A stretch of 63,541 bases of DNA, counting the filler, from Octopus bimaculoides (taxonomy: Eukaryota): NCBI RefSeq assembly GCF_001194135.2. It is 6 parts of 6 records of this genome, joined end to end, with 100 filler letters (N's around TTAATTAATTAA, not from the genome) between each part and the next. Parts side by side here need not be neighbours in the genome. Positions count along the whole stretch, not along the records: positions 1 to 4,720 come from NC_068984.1; positions 4,821 to 17,647 come from NC_069007.1; 4 more parts are not named here. One strand, given 5' to 3'. Every line of letters begins with the position of its first letter. The stretch's first letter is position 1. The notes under the pieces were generated by a model. The model ran no database searches, was not told the origin of the DNA, and was given only the letters and a program-made list of their open reading frames with translations. Of this stretch, positions 1 through 13,360 are shown in pieces. Both the position numbers and the translations under genes were made by a program.

Positions 1-235
1 AGGATGGTGGAGGGAGGAAGTGGAACAAGGAGGAAGGGACAGAAGCAGTGAAGTAGAGGCCAGGACAGAGGGGTAGATAGGAAGATAGAGGAAGACAGAT
101 AGATAAATAGATAGAGAGGATGGTGGAGGGAGGAAGTGGAACAAGGAGGAAAGGACAGAAGGGTATAGCAGTGAAGTAGAGGCCAGGACAGAGGTATAGA
201 TAGAAAGATGGAGGAAGACAGATAGATAAATAGAT

Positions 236-266
<31 letters not shown>

Positions 267-339
267 CAGACAGATAGATAGATAGATAGATAGAAAGATA
301 TATATATATATATACATATATGTATGTATGTATGTATGC

Positions 340-372
<33 letters not shown>

Positions 373-381
373 TGTATGTAT
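1..381. repeat. Two copies of a ~118-bp purine-rich unit followed by (GATA)n/(TA)n/(TATG)n microsatellites
   Basis: aggatggtggagggaggaagtggaacaaggagg starts at 1 and again at ~118; simple repeats from ~240 to 381. Confidence 0.85.
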
Positions 382-544
382 TCGTTACTCTCACAAGACT
401 ATGGATTTGAGCCTGGAAATCTTCTTTTTATTTTGTTAGTAGAGTCGCGTTTGCTATGACTGTGGTGTCTCATATGTGAGTAACAGCGTCCTATACACCA
501 GTCTTCGCTTGTTGTTTTCGTTCGAATTTGCTTTTTTCCATGAG

Positions 545-1300
545 CAAGATTCAACATCTCAGCTCATCTTTTTAAACTCATGTCAAGTTTCAGTCTTCAG
601 AGGGAGCGATCACTTCTCTAGTTTTCAACGTTTCTTCTAAAGAACCTTAATGCTTTTCTTGCAAAAGTCTTTGAAACGAAGATGGAGTTGTTTTGTATTC
701 TCTTATAAGAGGCCAACACACCGTACCGCTGATCTTTAATGATTCTAGTATCTGACATGGTGTGTACATGGCCCAGTCAGTGGAGGTGTCGTTGTTTCAG
801 TAGGGTGAAGAGGCTGAATATTAACCGGTGAGCCAGGACCTCATACATGGTAACTCTGTCAATTAGCTTGATATTCAGACTCCATCTGAGGCTGCGTATG
901 TGGAAAGCATTGAGAGGCTGCTCTACCGCTGCCATAAATCAGTGCACTGAGGACAAACTCTGAAGACTGCAACCCTGGTGTGTGCCTTAATCTTACTGGT
1001 CTCACAGACGCTCGTAGTCAACATAGCTTGTGCTGACGCTGCTCATTCAATCTGTTTGTTGATCTCAGACTCGACAGAAGTTTTTTGTGAGGTTAAAGCC
1101 GAGTTATGTAAATTCCTGTGCTTCCTCCATCTCACAGTTGTTCGTGATGATGGTAGAAGAGTGTTCGATTCTTAGGACCAGCACTTTTGAATTTTCCAAA
1201 CTGATGATCAAGCTGAAGTTTTCACAAGTTCTTGTGATACTGTCCATCGGCATTTGCATTTGCCCCTCTGAGTACGTTTCAGCATTGCACCATTCGTTTA
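545..1300 (-). mobile_element. Decayed RTE-clade LINE fragment (RT C-terminal half)
   Basis: Minus-strand translation across stops/frameshifts gives CENFSLIISLENSKVL, SVESEINKQI, LNAFHIRSLRWSLNIKLIDRVTMYEVL, LLKQRHLH*LGHVHTMSD and LRFKDFCK, matching typical RTE/BovB ORF motifs. Confidence 0.85.
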
Positions 1301-1439
1301 TAATATGTCCGTGTTCAGTACCTATTTTTTTATTTTTAGCTATATATTTCTATGTCCCTCGCACACGTTACAAGAATATATCTTGATTTTTCGGAACATG
1401 CTACGGTGAGTCCTGTTACTAAGAAGTTAAACTCATCTG

Positions 1440-1696
1440 AGCCTACTAACTATTGTTCCATTGCACTTACAACATTTCCAATCACAATTCTTATTTATCA
1501 CCTGTGTAGTTTCCATCAAGCTACCTCTACTAACCTATGTTTGTTATCTGTGTACTCTCACCTGCGAGAAATATGATCGAAGTGGTTTTGTTGCTCTGAA
1601 TATAAACAAAGCTTTCGACAGTGTCCGGCATGCATATTATTGATAAAGTAGCCAATTGGATTTATGCCTTTCTTGTCTACCATCACTGACTTCCTG

Positions 1697-1733
<37 letters not shown>

Positions 1734-2500
1734 CATTTCATCAGCTCTGGTATTTACCAGCATTCGGTTTTATCACACACACTACTCTCTTCTTCATCGA
1801 CATCTACGATCTACTTGGTGTCACACCCAACAATGCCTTCTCTTACACACATTAAACCACTCTTCATTCCATTGCTGGCATTTAAATCTAGCGTCATCTA
1901 CCAATAAGCTTACCGAGCTAATAACACTTTACGTCTGATCCCTTGATTTCTGACCTCGAAAAATCGGAAATTTAGGTGAAAACAATCGTGTCTCATATCC
2001 AAAACAAAAAGAAGAAAAAAGACACAATCATTATACATGCTCCACGATAAATATGAACAGCCTATTTTCAAGATAAACATCGTATTACAAAACTGGCCTT
2101 TGTCGTCGTCAAATGCAGAAAATAATTTAACCACAACAGTTTCTGAACTCGTACCAAGCTCAAGTGAAACCCACAACAGCGTGCTGATCACACAATAGCG
2201 TATTTCTTCTGTTGCAGTTACAAGCAATTATTCTGTACTGTATTCGAAGATAAAGTTAATCCCCACATCAAAGTGGCTGTTCAATGTTACTACTAGTTTA
2301 ACCCCAGCTAGATCTTCCGCCAGCTGGTTATCGATACTAGTAGTAACATAGAACAAGCGCTTTGATCTGGCGATTAACTTTACTTGTCAGTATAATTACT
2401 ACTTCCATCTCTTCTTGAGATTTTACAACTAGCTACTTTGCAAGTCCCTTACATGATTGGTTTAAATTCTCTCACAAACTCACTCCGATTTCTGGGCCAC
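1440..2500 (+). mobile_element. Decayed CR1/Jockey-like LINE reverse transcriptase fragment
   Basis: VALNINKAFDSVRH (LDISKAFD-V-H motif, ~1590-1632), SGIYQHSVLSHTLL (SGVPQGSVL-P-LF), NLGENNRVS and SYQAQVKP (LYKAQVRP); many stops. Confidence 0.75.
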
Positions 2501-2739
2501 AAACTTGCTATCATTACTCTCTGTATTTTGTATACATAATACAGTGGTTTCGGCTTCTCGGAAATAGATAGTTTTGTTCCACCTCAAATCCAAGCACCAC
2601 CACAAACTGACCTCTCTTGCTATTGTTATGCGATTTGAGTGCATCCCATAAGACCTATTACACCCCACCCCATAAACTCCAGATCCATCCCTAAATCAAG
2701 AATAAATGCATGCATATAGGAATATGGGTGCTTATAACT

Positions 2740-2849
2740 GTGTGTGTGCGTATGTATATATACATACACATGCATATATACGCACATATATACATATATA
2801 CATACATACATTGTGTTGTGTTTGTGCGTGTGCGCACATTTGTGTGTGC

Positions 2850-2912
<63 letters not shown>

Positions 2913-3067
2913 TATATGTATGTACATTTACATTTTTGTCCTCGTCTGTTTGTATGTATATGTGTGTGTGTCTGTTTGCTTTTCCTTTTGTAATTTATTC
3001 AGGTATTCCTGTAGTTTTCTGTTAAAATATGTTTAAAACAATTGAGAATCATGTATCCAGATATTAT

Positions 3068-3130
<63 letters not shown>

Positions 3131-3180
3131 GGAAATAGGAGGAGAAAGGGGAGGGAGAGAGAGGGAAGGTAAGAGAGACA
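2740..3180. repeat. (TG)n/(TA)n/(GA)n microsatellite block
   Basis: Directly visible simple repeats. Confidence 0.95.
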
Positions 3181-3753
3181 GAGAGAAATCAAAGAACGAA
3201 AGTACAAAAACAGATAGCTAAATAGGTAACGTTATATCAGACTTTCTAATCACGATATCCGAGTTAATATGTAAATGTCGTCATGAGAATAACATTTATC
3301 TTTTTTCAAAACTGTGGAAATAATGTGTTATGTCGTAACAACTGCAGATGATTGAAATTGCTCTGAAAAGAATGAGTATATTCAAAATCTTCTGTCTAAA
3401 AGTCTTGCAAACTTTCAAACGTGACATTTGTTGTTGAATACGTAGATTCCATTATCCGCAGACCTTTTTTGTTAGACGAAAAATCAGCAGAATGTCGATG
3501 ATCCATTTACAGTACTAAGAGAAGCAAGAAGTCATAACATAAACCAACAGGGTGCTGGCACACTACTAAAGAACTTCCTAGTCATAGTATTATTGTAACC
3601 TTTTTGGGGCCTTGTGCGGAGAGTAGAAAAGATTATCTTAACCCTTTGTCAATCTTGATAGAGTGTTGCAGCCATCGCCTTCCCATTTTTTCAACAAGTA
3701 TAGTTACTATTTCTAGTAAACTTTGGACGTTCTTTTGTCTTATATCTTTTTAA

Positions 3754-3950
3754 CCCCTGGGCAGTTCTGAACAAATCTGTGACGAAAGATATTTCCGCTT
3801 TTATCATCTCATAACGTTAAATGCATTTTTCAAATAAATTATCATATATTTTGCATGTTTTCAAATCCATAGGATGCAATTTGAAAGAAGATTTGGCTCT
3901 TATTTCTAGCAGGTAAAAAATTTGTGGAGAACTCCTCATTAACTCTACTG
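3754..3950. mobile_element. Possible TTAA-type MITE remnant (dispersed repeat)
   Basis: Starts ttaa|cccct; contains gaagatttggctcttatttctagcagg, similar to gaatatttggctgctatttctgcaagg at ~47398. Confidence 0.35.
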
Positions 3951-4224
3951 CCATTGCGATAGCATGCCTTGCTTTGCGAAGTCTAATAAGCAGACTTCAA
4001 CTTTTTCCCAGAAGTAACAGTACCGAGGATTCGATATTAACACTGAGAGGTAACAACAACATTCGGCAGTTTCATAACAACATAACTACTTGCTGTTATG
4101 AATTGTTCCAGCAAATAGTTAGCACTTACCATACACAGTTACTTGCTTTAACCATGAGTTTCAAACGTGATCCATACATGTAACTCCCAATAAAATTGTT
4201 GAGTGCCCTTCTTCCGTTTGTCCA

Positions 4225-4284
<60 letters not shown>

Positions 4285-4305
4285 TATACATATATGTATA
4301 TGTAT

Positions 4306-4720
4306 ATTGCGCCCTTTAACAACGCACCTCCAGCACACATACTCACACTAAAAATAACCAAAGAAAACTACAATAAAATAAAAGAAAAGTTTCCGAATGA
4401 TGTTGGGTCGCTAGGGAGAAGTTTCTCCCAAAGCCTTTATCGGAATTTAGTGGAAACACCCACACGGAAACATAGGGGAGCCACCCCACCAGAAAACAGT
4501 AAGTAGAACCTTTTCTCCTCTAATACTTTCCTTTTGTAAAAAAACATGGTAATTCTCAGAATCGGAAGCATAAATGGGAGAGGCCTCGGGTCGCCTTGGA
4601 AACAAGGTCACCTGTTGAACGACCTGAGGTCTTACAGTGTAGATGTAGCAGCCATTAGCGAAACCAGGCTCTCCAGCCCGCAGGAATTCGCAGCCCTTTT
4701 TGGCGGATACGAGATTTTCC
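4306..4720 (+). mobile_element. L1/Tx1-like LINE: possible ORF1 end, then ORF2 start (APE endonuclease N-terminus), cut by an assembly gap
   Basis: ORF from 4546, MVILRIGSINGRGLG...LLNDLRSYSVDVAAISETRL, matches APE motifs (N-x-x-GL; D-V-x-x-I-x-ET) and is open to the gap. An upstream open frame ends at 4506. Confidence 0.85.
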
Positions 4721-4764
4721 NNNNNNNNNNNNNNNNNNNNNNNNNNNNNNNNNNNNNNNNNNNN

Positions 4765-4776
4765 TTAATTAATTAA
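4765..4776. other. Artificial scaffold linker TTAATTAATTAA inside an N gap (also 17692-17703, 47638-47649, 52232-52243, 62329-62340)
   Basis: Identical 12-mer with stops in all six frames, always flanked by N runs. Confidence 0.95.
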
Positions 4777-5042
4777 NNNNNNNNNNNNNNNNNNNNNNNN
4801 NNNNNNNNNNNNNNNNNNNNTATATATATAATTTTCCAGAGGATGTAGCAACCGTTACCAATATAGCATAAGAACCTACCTTAGGGGATCATTAACTAGA
4901 TTCCTTAAGGGTCGTTCTCACAGTTTATATTTATATTTCAAGGTTTTTAACTTTTAAATTTGTATATTTAAAAGAGACAGAGACTTCAAACTCGATATAT
5001 CCAAGATCGATTTATTCACCACTCTATGAAATATATATATAT

Positions 5043-5432
5043 ATTCTTTTACTTGTTTCAGTCATTTGACTGCGGCCATGCTGGAGCACCGCCTTTAGTC
5101 AAGCAAATCGACCCCAGGACTTATTCTTTGAAAGCCTAGTACTTATTCTATCAAACTCTTTTGCTGAACCGCTAAGCTACGGGGACTAAACATAAGTAAT
5201 GTTGTGGGGACAAACACAGACACACAAACATGTACACACACATACATATATATATATATACATATATACGACGGGCTCCTTTCAGTTTCCGTCTACCAAA
5301 TCCACTCACAAGGCTTTGGTCGGCCCGAGGCTATAGTAGAAAACACTTGCCCAAGGTGCCACGCAGTGGGAATGAACCCAGAACCATGTGGTTGGTAAGC
5401 AAGCTACTTACCACACAGCCACTCCTACGCCT
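5043..5432 (-). mobile_element. Composite tRNA-derived SINE, family A (tRNA head, core ccttgggcaagtg, internal microsatellite, tail ccagcatggccgcagtcaaatgactgaaac)
   Basis: Homologous full or partial copies at 12395, 13361, 25643, 28320, 31128, 48178, 49378, 49665 and 60233. Confidence 0.85.
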
Positions 5433-5916
5433 ATTTATACATATCAAAAGAATGTGTTGTAATACTACTTCACATGTCCAAAAACAGCCATACCAACAAT
5501 CTAACATATCACCATCATCAGCTGCCCCATATATAACTGGCTAGACAGGTCAGTAACTAAATCCCTATAACTAGCTTGATAGGTCAGTAACTAAATAGTT
5601 AAATATACACACAGTTGTCTAGAGACAGTTCATAATCACACTCAGTATAAAATCATAAAACAGTGGTTATAATTACGATACAACATTTATAAGTTCACAA
5701 CCATGTTCAGCCTGACTTAATGGACCGACTAATGTTACATCATGTTTTTCGCAGCAGAAATTCCAGATCAAAGAATTTTCCGGTCAACGACGTCTGATGA
5801 TTGTTCATTCACGCTTTCTGCCAAGCAGAACATGATATCACATGAAACCACCCAGTGATCTGTTTGATGGGATATGGTTTTCAATTTATAACACTGGATT
5901 AATGATAATGATGATC

Positions 5917-5950
<34 letters not shown>

Positions 5951-5989
5951 TAATAATAATAATAATACTATAATAATAATAATAAGGAT

Positions 5990-6120
5990 CTTTTCTGCTA
6001 AAGGCTTGTGGCCTGAAATTTGGTGGGAGAAGTTGATTACATCAATCCTAGTGTTTTACTGGTACTTAATTTATCAACCCCGAAAAGATGAAAGGCTAAG
6101 TCGACCTCAGTGGAATTAAT
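5990..6120 (-). mobile_element. Partial family-B SINE between (AAT)n runs
   Basis: ggtacttaatttatcaaccccgaaaagatgaaaggctaagtcgacctc is the reverse complement of the family-B body. Confidence 0.7.
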
Positions 6121-6144
6121 AATAATAATAATAATAATAATGAT

Positions 6145-6681
6145 GAATGCCCTGGTGCAGTACCAGGCAGTGGCTCTCATGGCCTCTGATCTTAACTTAT
6201 TGGAAGTGTTTTCATGTACATTGTTTTGTCTTGATATAAATGATGGGCTGCAGTAAATATTCTGCTTAATACCACAGATTTGCTTGTCAGTTGTTTGACC
6301 TTAACCAGTTGAGCATGTCCCTTAGTAGCTGACAATATGTGCATCTCTGATCATGAGCAGAAGTAGTGGGGGAGCATCATAGCCATGTACTGAGAGGAAT
6401 TCTCAGGAAACAAAAGTGTTTTGTTCAACATCCTTAAAACAAACTTTATTCAGGGACCTTTTGAGTGGGATGAGCTACTCAACCTGAATAAAATTCTAAC
6501 TGGGCCCCACCTGCGAGGTCATGTGCTGTTTATCTTGATATGAGATCACCATGTCGTGCTCATATGGTTGTGATGCATGTGCCTGGTGTACCCTCATCAG
6601 ACGGGTAGTCATGATGGGTATAATGGGCTTCGGATATTTTACCCCAGTGTCACTTTGATGGCATGCACTGCTCTCTCACTC
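6145..6681. repeat. ~540-bp interspersed element embedded in (AAT)n; class unknown
   Basis: Sharp (AAT)n boundaries on both sides; no tRNA boxes or ORF seen; recognised as a repeat by pattern only. Confidence 0.5.
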
Positions 6682-6691
6682 AATGATAATG

Positions 6692-6729
<38 letters not shown>

Positions 6730-6730
<1 letters not shown>

Positions 6731-7735
6731 TTGTCTCAAAACATGAAAACAAGAAAGCATCATACTCAGTAACAAAACAGGCAAAGAAATNNNNNNNNNN
6801 NNNNNNNNNNNNNNNNNNNNNNNNNNNNNNNNNNNNNNNNNNNNNNNNNNNNNNNNNNNNNNNNNNNNNNNNNNNNNNNNNNNNNNNNNNNNNNNNNNNN
6901 NNNNNNNNNNNNNNNNNNNNNNNNNNNNNNNNNNNNNNNNNNNNNNNNNNNNNNNNNNNNNNNNNNNNNNNNNNNNNNNNNNNNNNNNNNNNNNNNNNNN
7001 NNNNNNNNNNNNNNNNNNNNNNNNNNNNNNNNNNNNNNNNNNNNNNNNNNNNNNNNNNNNNNNNNNNNNNNNNNNNNNNNNNNNNNNNNNNNNNNNNNNN
7101 NNNNNNNNNNNNNNNNNNNNNNNNNNNNNNNNNNNNNNNNNNNNNNNNNNNNNNNNNNNNNNNNNNNNNNNNNNNNNNNNNNNNNNNNNNNNNGTCTCAC
7201 TCCTCTGGAACTTCACCATTCAAACTGACAGAAAGATAGATGCGAATAGGCCAGGCATCATATTGAAAGACTTCAGACAAAAATCATGCCTCCTCATTGA
7301 TATGACTGTCCCAATCGATGTAAACGTATCTGTCAAGACCTACCAAAAACTGAGCAAGTATAAAGATCTTGAAATAGAAATTAGCAAAATGTGGAACCTG
7401 AAAACTAAAACAATACCTATTGTCATAGGTGCCCTAGGATTGCTACCTAGCTCAGATACCAGGAAACCCCAAAATGGCAGAAATTCAAAAGATAGTGCTC
7501 ATGGGAACTGCCCATATCCTACGTAAAATACTGTCTATGTGATCTCAAATTTTAAAACAAACACATAATTTTCCTATGTTTTCTTAAACATTCTCTAGAG
7601 CAATACTATGTACGAAACCAAATATATGGTACCCTAAGCATAACACCAACATGAACATCTAACTTCTTGTCTTTTGAGGTCTCTGGGTGAGCTTGGAGCC
7701 AACTTGTACAAATGCAAAGCAAAAGTCAAACATAA
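6730..7735 (+). mobile_element. 5'-truncated R4/Dong-like (REL-endonuclease) LINE inserted in (TAA)n
   Basis: LLWNFTIQTDRKIDANRPGIILKDFRQKSCLLIDMTVP...KLSKYKDL...IPIVIGALG is the PD-(D/E)xK REL C-terminus. (AAT)n lies on both sides, and the middle is in a gap. Confidence 0.85.
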
Positions 7736-7791
<56 letters not shown>

Positions 7792-7839
7792 CAACGTATG
7801 TGTATGTATGTATGCATGATGCATGCAGCAATAAGTGGA

Positions 7840-7985
7840 AACACATGGCTCAGTGGTTACAGCATCAGGCTCACAATCATGAAGTAGTGAGTTCAAGACC
7901 CAGACCGGGCTGCGTGTTGTGTTCTTGAGCAAGACACTTTATTTCACATTGCTCCAGTTCACTCAGATGTAGAAATGAGTTGTGC
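7840..7985 (+). mobile_element. tRNA-derived SINE head plus core, family C
   Basis: A box tggctcagtgg, B box gagttcaagacc, core gttcttgagcaagacactt; homologs at 14183 (-) and 24665 (+). Confidence 0.8.
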
Positions 7986-8414
7986 CCCCTCTGGAGCACA
8001 TGTCCAGGCAGGGTTGTTGATGGAAGACATGTTACACATTCTGATCGAATCTTCTGTGAGTTAACATGTACCTCCTTGCGACAATGTAAACTTTCATTTA
8101 ATCAAGATATCCTTGGCCTGACCAGCAGCCTGCAGTATGCACCTCACTTAGATATTTACCACTTCCAAGGTTCTGCTCTCTATAATACATATGTAGCCAA
8201 GATCTTACCTACTCCGTCCCTTAACTCTTGTATTCTTATTTGCATATCACGCAACAAAAATTTTGGGAAAAATAAATAAGTAAACGAGTGGAAATCGAAC
8301 CGGTGAGTGTGTTAAATAATAAGGCACGAAAAGAGAATGACCCTCCCCAGACAATAAAATATGCTTCAACACATGAATTCACATAAAGAATCTTGCAAAC
8401 CAAATACAAAAACG

Positions 8415-8448
<34 letters not shown>

Positions 8449-9177
8449 ACACACATACATACATACATGTGTTCATATATACATACATTCTTACACACAA
8501 ATGCTTAACACAAAACATCTGATGTCATTGTCATTGCATTTACTCTATTTCATGATCTTCCTGTTTTCTTGGCCACACTCACAACTCCTCCTCTCACGTC
8601 ACTCTCTCCTCTTCCGCCCCCCCCCCATTTTCTCTCTTCCAGCCCTGTTTCATTCTCCTCCCTACTCTCACCACCTCTTACTTCCCCCTTGCACCTGGCA
8701 CTACGATCAGGCTTCATTTCATATCACTCTGTCATGTTACACACCCACTGTCTCCCTCCGTGTACCCACATGCGAGTGTGCACAGACACATTTATATATA
8801 TATATATATATATATGCATGTGTGTGTGTGTATATATATAAATATATATATACATACACACACACATATATATACATACATACATACATATGTATATTTG
8901 TGGGTGTGTTACTGTTTCTGCACATGCCATGAGCAATGATGTCATTTGTTGATCTGCGTTGTCAATGTCACGAATCTGTGTGTAGATATTGTGTATATAA
9001 GTGCAAAGAAGATCGTATGGGTGTATAGGTATACACACACACACACACACTCTGCTTTTGTTTAGTCACATGTTCATCCTTCCGATGAAATTGTCTTATA
9101 GTGAAAGCATTCGACTATCCCATTTCGTTTCATTTTTTAAGAGATATTGCCTATGTTTGTTTGTGTGTGTATGTATG

Positions 9178-9219
<42 letters not shown>

Positions 9220-9244
9220 CACACACACACACACATATATATAA

Positions 9245-9275
<31 letters not shown>

Positions 9276-9399
9276 AAGCAAGGGAGAGAGAGAGGATAGA
9301 TAGATAAATAAATAGACAGACAGATATATGAATGCATGTATGTCTCTTCTATTTTTTAATTATTATAAATCTTCCACAGAGGAGGGAGCCGGTTTCCAA

Positions 9400-9620
9400 C
9401 AAAGATACAAGGCTCCATCTTTGGGATTTAGTTTACACAGACAAATTTGCATTTGTAACTTGAGAAAAGTCTTGCATATTTTTACTGTTCCACTCATAGA
9501 TTGCACTTTTAAAGTACGAATCAGCCGGTCGATTTCTCTTTCTGAAAATCCTAGTTTATCCAGATTCTCCTTTAAGCATTTACTAACAAAACCTGGTGCT
9601 CCGATTATTATTGGTATTAT
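9400..9620 (-). mobile_element. 3' fragment of a second REL-type (R4/CRE/NeSL-like) LINE
   Basis: IPIIIGAPGFVSKCLKENLDKLGFSEREIDRLIRTLKVQSMSGTVKICKTFL resembles the C-terminal tail after the REL domain. Confidence 0.7.
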
Positions 9621-9836
9621 GTATGCATGTATGCAGGTATGTATGTAAGTATGTATGAATGAATTTATGAATGAATGTATGTATAGGCATGTGTATATGT
9701 GCATAATAGAGAAGTAAGATCATCATCATCATCATCACCATCATCCAAAGATTTGTGAATGGGCTTGGTAGACGGAAACTGAAAGAAGCCGTCATATATG
9801 TATTCATGTATGTATGTATGTTTATATATAGATGTG

Positions 9837-9877
<41 letters not shown>

Positions 9878-10627
9878 NNNNNNNNNNNNNNNNNNNNNNN
9901 NNNNNNNNNNNNNNNNNNNNNNNNNNNNNNNNNNNNNNNNNNNNNNNNNNNNNNNNNNNNNNNNNNNNNNNNNNNNNNNNNNNNNNNNNNNNNNNNNNNN
10001 NNNNNNNNNNNNNNNNNNNNNNNNNNNNNNNNNNNNNNNNNNNNNNNNNNNNNNNNNNNNNNNNNNNNNNNNNNNNNNNNNNNNNNNNNNNNNNNNNNNN
10101 NNNNNNNNNNNNNNNNNNNNNNNNNNNNNNNNNNNNNNNNNNNNNNNNNNNNNNNNNNNNNNNNNNNNNNNNNNNNNNNNNNNNNNNNNNNNNNNNNNNN
10201 NNNNNNNNNNNNNNNNNNNNNNNNNNNNNNNNNNNNNNNNNNNNNNNNNNNNNNNNNNNNNNNNNNNNNNNNNNNNNNNNNNNNNNNNNNNNNNNNNNNN
10301 NNNNNNNNNNNNNNNNNNNNNNNNNNNNNNNNNNNNNNNNNNNNNNNNNNNNNNNNNNNNNNNNNNNNNNNNNNNNNNNNNNNNNNNNNNNNNNNNNNNN
10401 NNNNNNNNNNNNNNNNNNNNNNNNNNNNNNNNNNNNNNNNNNNNNNNNNNNNNNNNNNNNNNNNNNNNNNNNNNNNNNNNNNNNNNNNNNNNNNNNNNNN
10501 NNNNNNNNNNNNNNNNNNNNNNNNNNNNNNNNNNNNNNNNNNNNNNNNNNNNNNNNNNNNNNNNNNNNNNNNNNNNNNNNNNNNNNNNNNNNNNNNNNNN
10601 NNNNNNNNNNNNNNNNNNNNNNNNNNA

Positions 10628-10802
10628 AAGGGATCAAGTTGATTACATTGGCCTCAGTATGCAACTGGTACTTAATTTATCGACCCTAAAAGGATGAAAG
10701 GCAGTCGACCTCTGTGAAAATTGAACTCAGAATGTAAAGACTGACGAAATATCGCTAAGCATTTTGCCCGGCATGCTAACGTTTCTGCCAGCTCACCCGC
10801 CT
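10628..10802 (-). mobile_element. Family-B SINE
   Basis: Reverse complement reads ggcgggtgagctggcagaaacgttagc...ttctgagttcaat, the family-B head. Confidence 0.8.
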
Positions 10803-11099
10803 TAGACATTGTCCAATATTCACACCTAGATCTCTGTGGGCGTGTATGTGCGTGTGCGTGTGTGTATACATAACTATGTACGTGTGTACCAGTGTTTGGT
10901 ATTGAGTCGTGCGCTTGTGTGTGTGCACATGTCTTTCTACTAGCGCACAAAAAGGAAAAATAAAATGTGCACACGCTAGATATTTTTTCCATTGAAGGTA
11001 ATTACTCGCATGGCTGCACAAATATTTCGCAGAGAACGAATCAGTTTTAAATTTAAGTAAATTTCAGTGGCTGATTCATAGCAAATATTTGGAGAATAC

Positions 11100-12100
11100 T
11101 TTTATTTGTACACACACACATACACACACGCACACACATGCCCAGACACGCATGCACACACTCACACATATGCATATGCATTCACACATGCACACGTGCT
11201 CATACACTCACATCCACCCAGACACACGCACATACACACACATGCGCACTTACTCATATACACACATGCGCTCACACATATGCACACATATTTATATACA
11301 CACACACATACCCAGACATTTGCACCAGGAAACACACACTCTCACACATATACACATATGCACTCACACATACACACACAGACATATGCACACACTCACA
11401 TACATACATGATCACCCACACATTATGCACACACACACCCTCATCTACACATACACACTTACACACAAACACACTCTCTTTCACACACACATACACACGC
11501 ATACATGCTCATACGTACATACTAATGCTAACACGCACCACACGCACACATTGTCACACTCACATACACACACATAAACAGAAATATTCTCTCTCTCTCA
11601 CACACACACACAGATACATACACATGCACACACTAACACNNNNNNNNNNACATACACACACATAAACAGAAATATTCTCTCTCTCTCACACACACACACA
11701 GATACATACACATGCACACACTAACACTCACTAACACGCACACATTGTCATACACACACACACACACACACGTAAAGATATACATCTACACACTCTCTCT
11801 CTCTCTCTCACATACACACACTAAAGCTCACTAACATGCACACATTGCCACACTGTCTGTCAATCTGTCTCTCTCTCTCACACACACACATACACATACA
11901 CACACGGAAACACATACATCTACATTCTCTCTCTCCTTCTCTCTCACACACACACATAAACATATATCTACATTCTTTCCCCCTCCCTCTCTCTCTCTCT
12001 TTCACATGCACACACACACAGACACACGGAAACACATACATCTACATTCTCTCTCTCTCTCTCTCTCACTCACACACACACACACACACCCACACACAAC
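11100..12100. repeat. Degenerate (CA)n/(CT)n low-complexity tract with local tandem units
   Basis: Direct inspection; acacggaaacacatacatctacattctctctc repeats at ~11902 and ~12025. Confidence 0.9.
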
Positions 12101-12394
12101 CAAACAATACTGGTCGTCACACTCATCCAGGCATTCCCCGTGTTTACTTAGAAGTATCAACCTGTAAACGCTCTTAATTTCGATATCCGGTTCAAACCCA
12201 CACATTTCCACTCAGTTCAGAAAATAAACACAGCCAACAGAACCTTTTTTTGTGTTTCGTTTGTGATGAAACTACGCCACCACAACCTGACTCCGCCTCA
12301 TCGTCACGCAACCACTCCTTCTTCGTTTATGCGTACTTACAAATATTTTCATTATTTTCGTACCTGTTTCACTTTAGGTGTGTCTATACACTTA

Positions 12395-12790
12395 CCATTA
12401 GACTGCGGCCATGCTGGGGCACCACCTTAAATTTTTAGTCGACTGAATCGACCCCAGTATTTACTTTTTAAGCCTAGTACTTACTTATTCTATCGGTTCT
12501 TTTGCAGAACCGCTAAGTTAAGGGGACGTAAACACACCAACATCGGTTGTCAAGTGGTGGTGGGGTGGGGCCAAATACACACATTCACATATATGTATGT
12601 ATGTATGTATGTATGTGTGTGTGTGTATGTATGTATGTATGTATGCATATATACGATGGGCTTCTTTTAGTTTCTGTCTACCAAATGCACTTACAAGGCT
12701 TTGTTCGGCCCGAGGCTACCATAGAAGACACTTGACCAAGGTGCCACGCAGTGGGATTGAACCCGGAACCACATGGTCGAGAAGCAGTCT
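12395..12790 (-). mobile_element. Family-A composite SINE
   Basis: Same modules as 5043-5432. Confidence 0.8.
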
Positions 12791-13360
12791 CCTCACTACA
12801 GAAAGAATTTTAGCCCACCGAATCGACCCCTGTACTTATTTTGTTAACCCGTTATCCCTGGTACTTATACCACCAGGCCATTTGCCCAAACCGCTAAGTT
12901 ACAAAAACGCAAACAAACAACAATTGTTAGGCGGTGAGGATGGTGGGTTGCAAATACCAGCGTGGTACTGATTTCAATAAAACATTAATACCTAATAGTA
13001 TAACAAAGTACCACGTACCTACATGTCATTTATGTTTACATACCAACTCCAGGAATGCGCTTAATATGTATATTGGTACATCCAATAACTTAACACCATT
13101 GTATGCAGTGGCTATATAAGCAATGTGTTCGGAGGCAAGAATGGGTTAGGTGGGTGTTGATGAAGGGGTAACAAACCCCAAAATATGGCATATACACACA
13201 TTACCCATTTTTGTCTTCGATCTCATTGTTTGTTTACATCTGACGTCTCGATACGAAACGGTGGAGCAAAAATCAGTGCACCGCATCCCATAGCGGAAAC
13301 GGCTGTAAGCTAATGAAGCTCATGAAATAACTGTTTTTTTCTTTTGTCATCTCATTTTCA

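Noticed and set aside
4765-4776. TTAATTAATTAA as a biological motif or TTAA transposon footprint
   Set aside because: It always lies inside N runs, identical five times; it is an assembly linker
6575-6612. CTGATGAG on the minus strand as a hammerhead core
   Set aside because: No GAAA or helix III follows; the motif sits in the loop of a taccc/gggta hairpin
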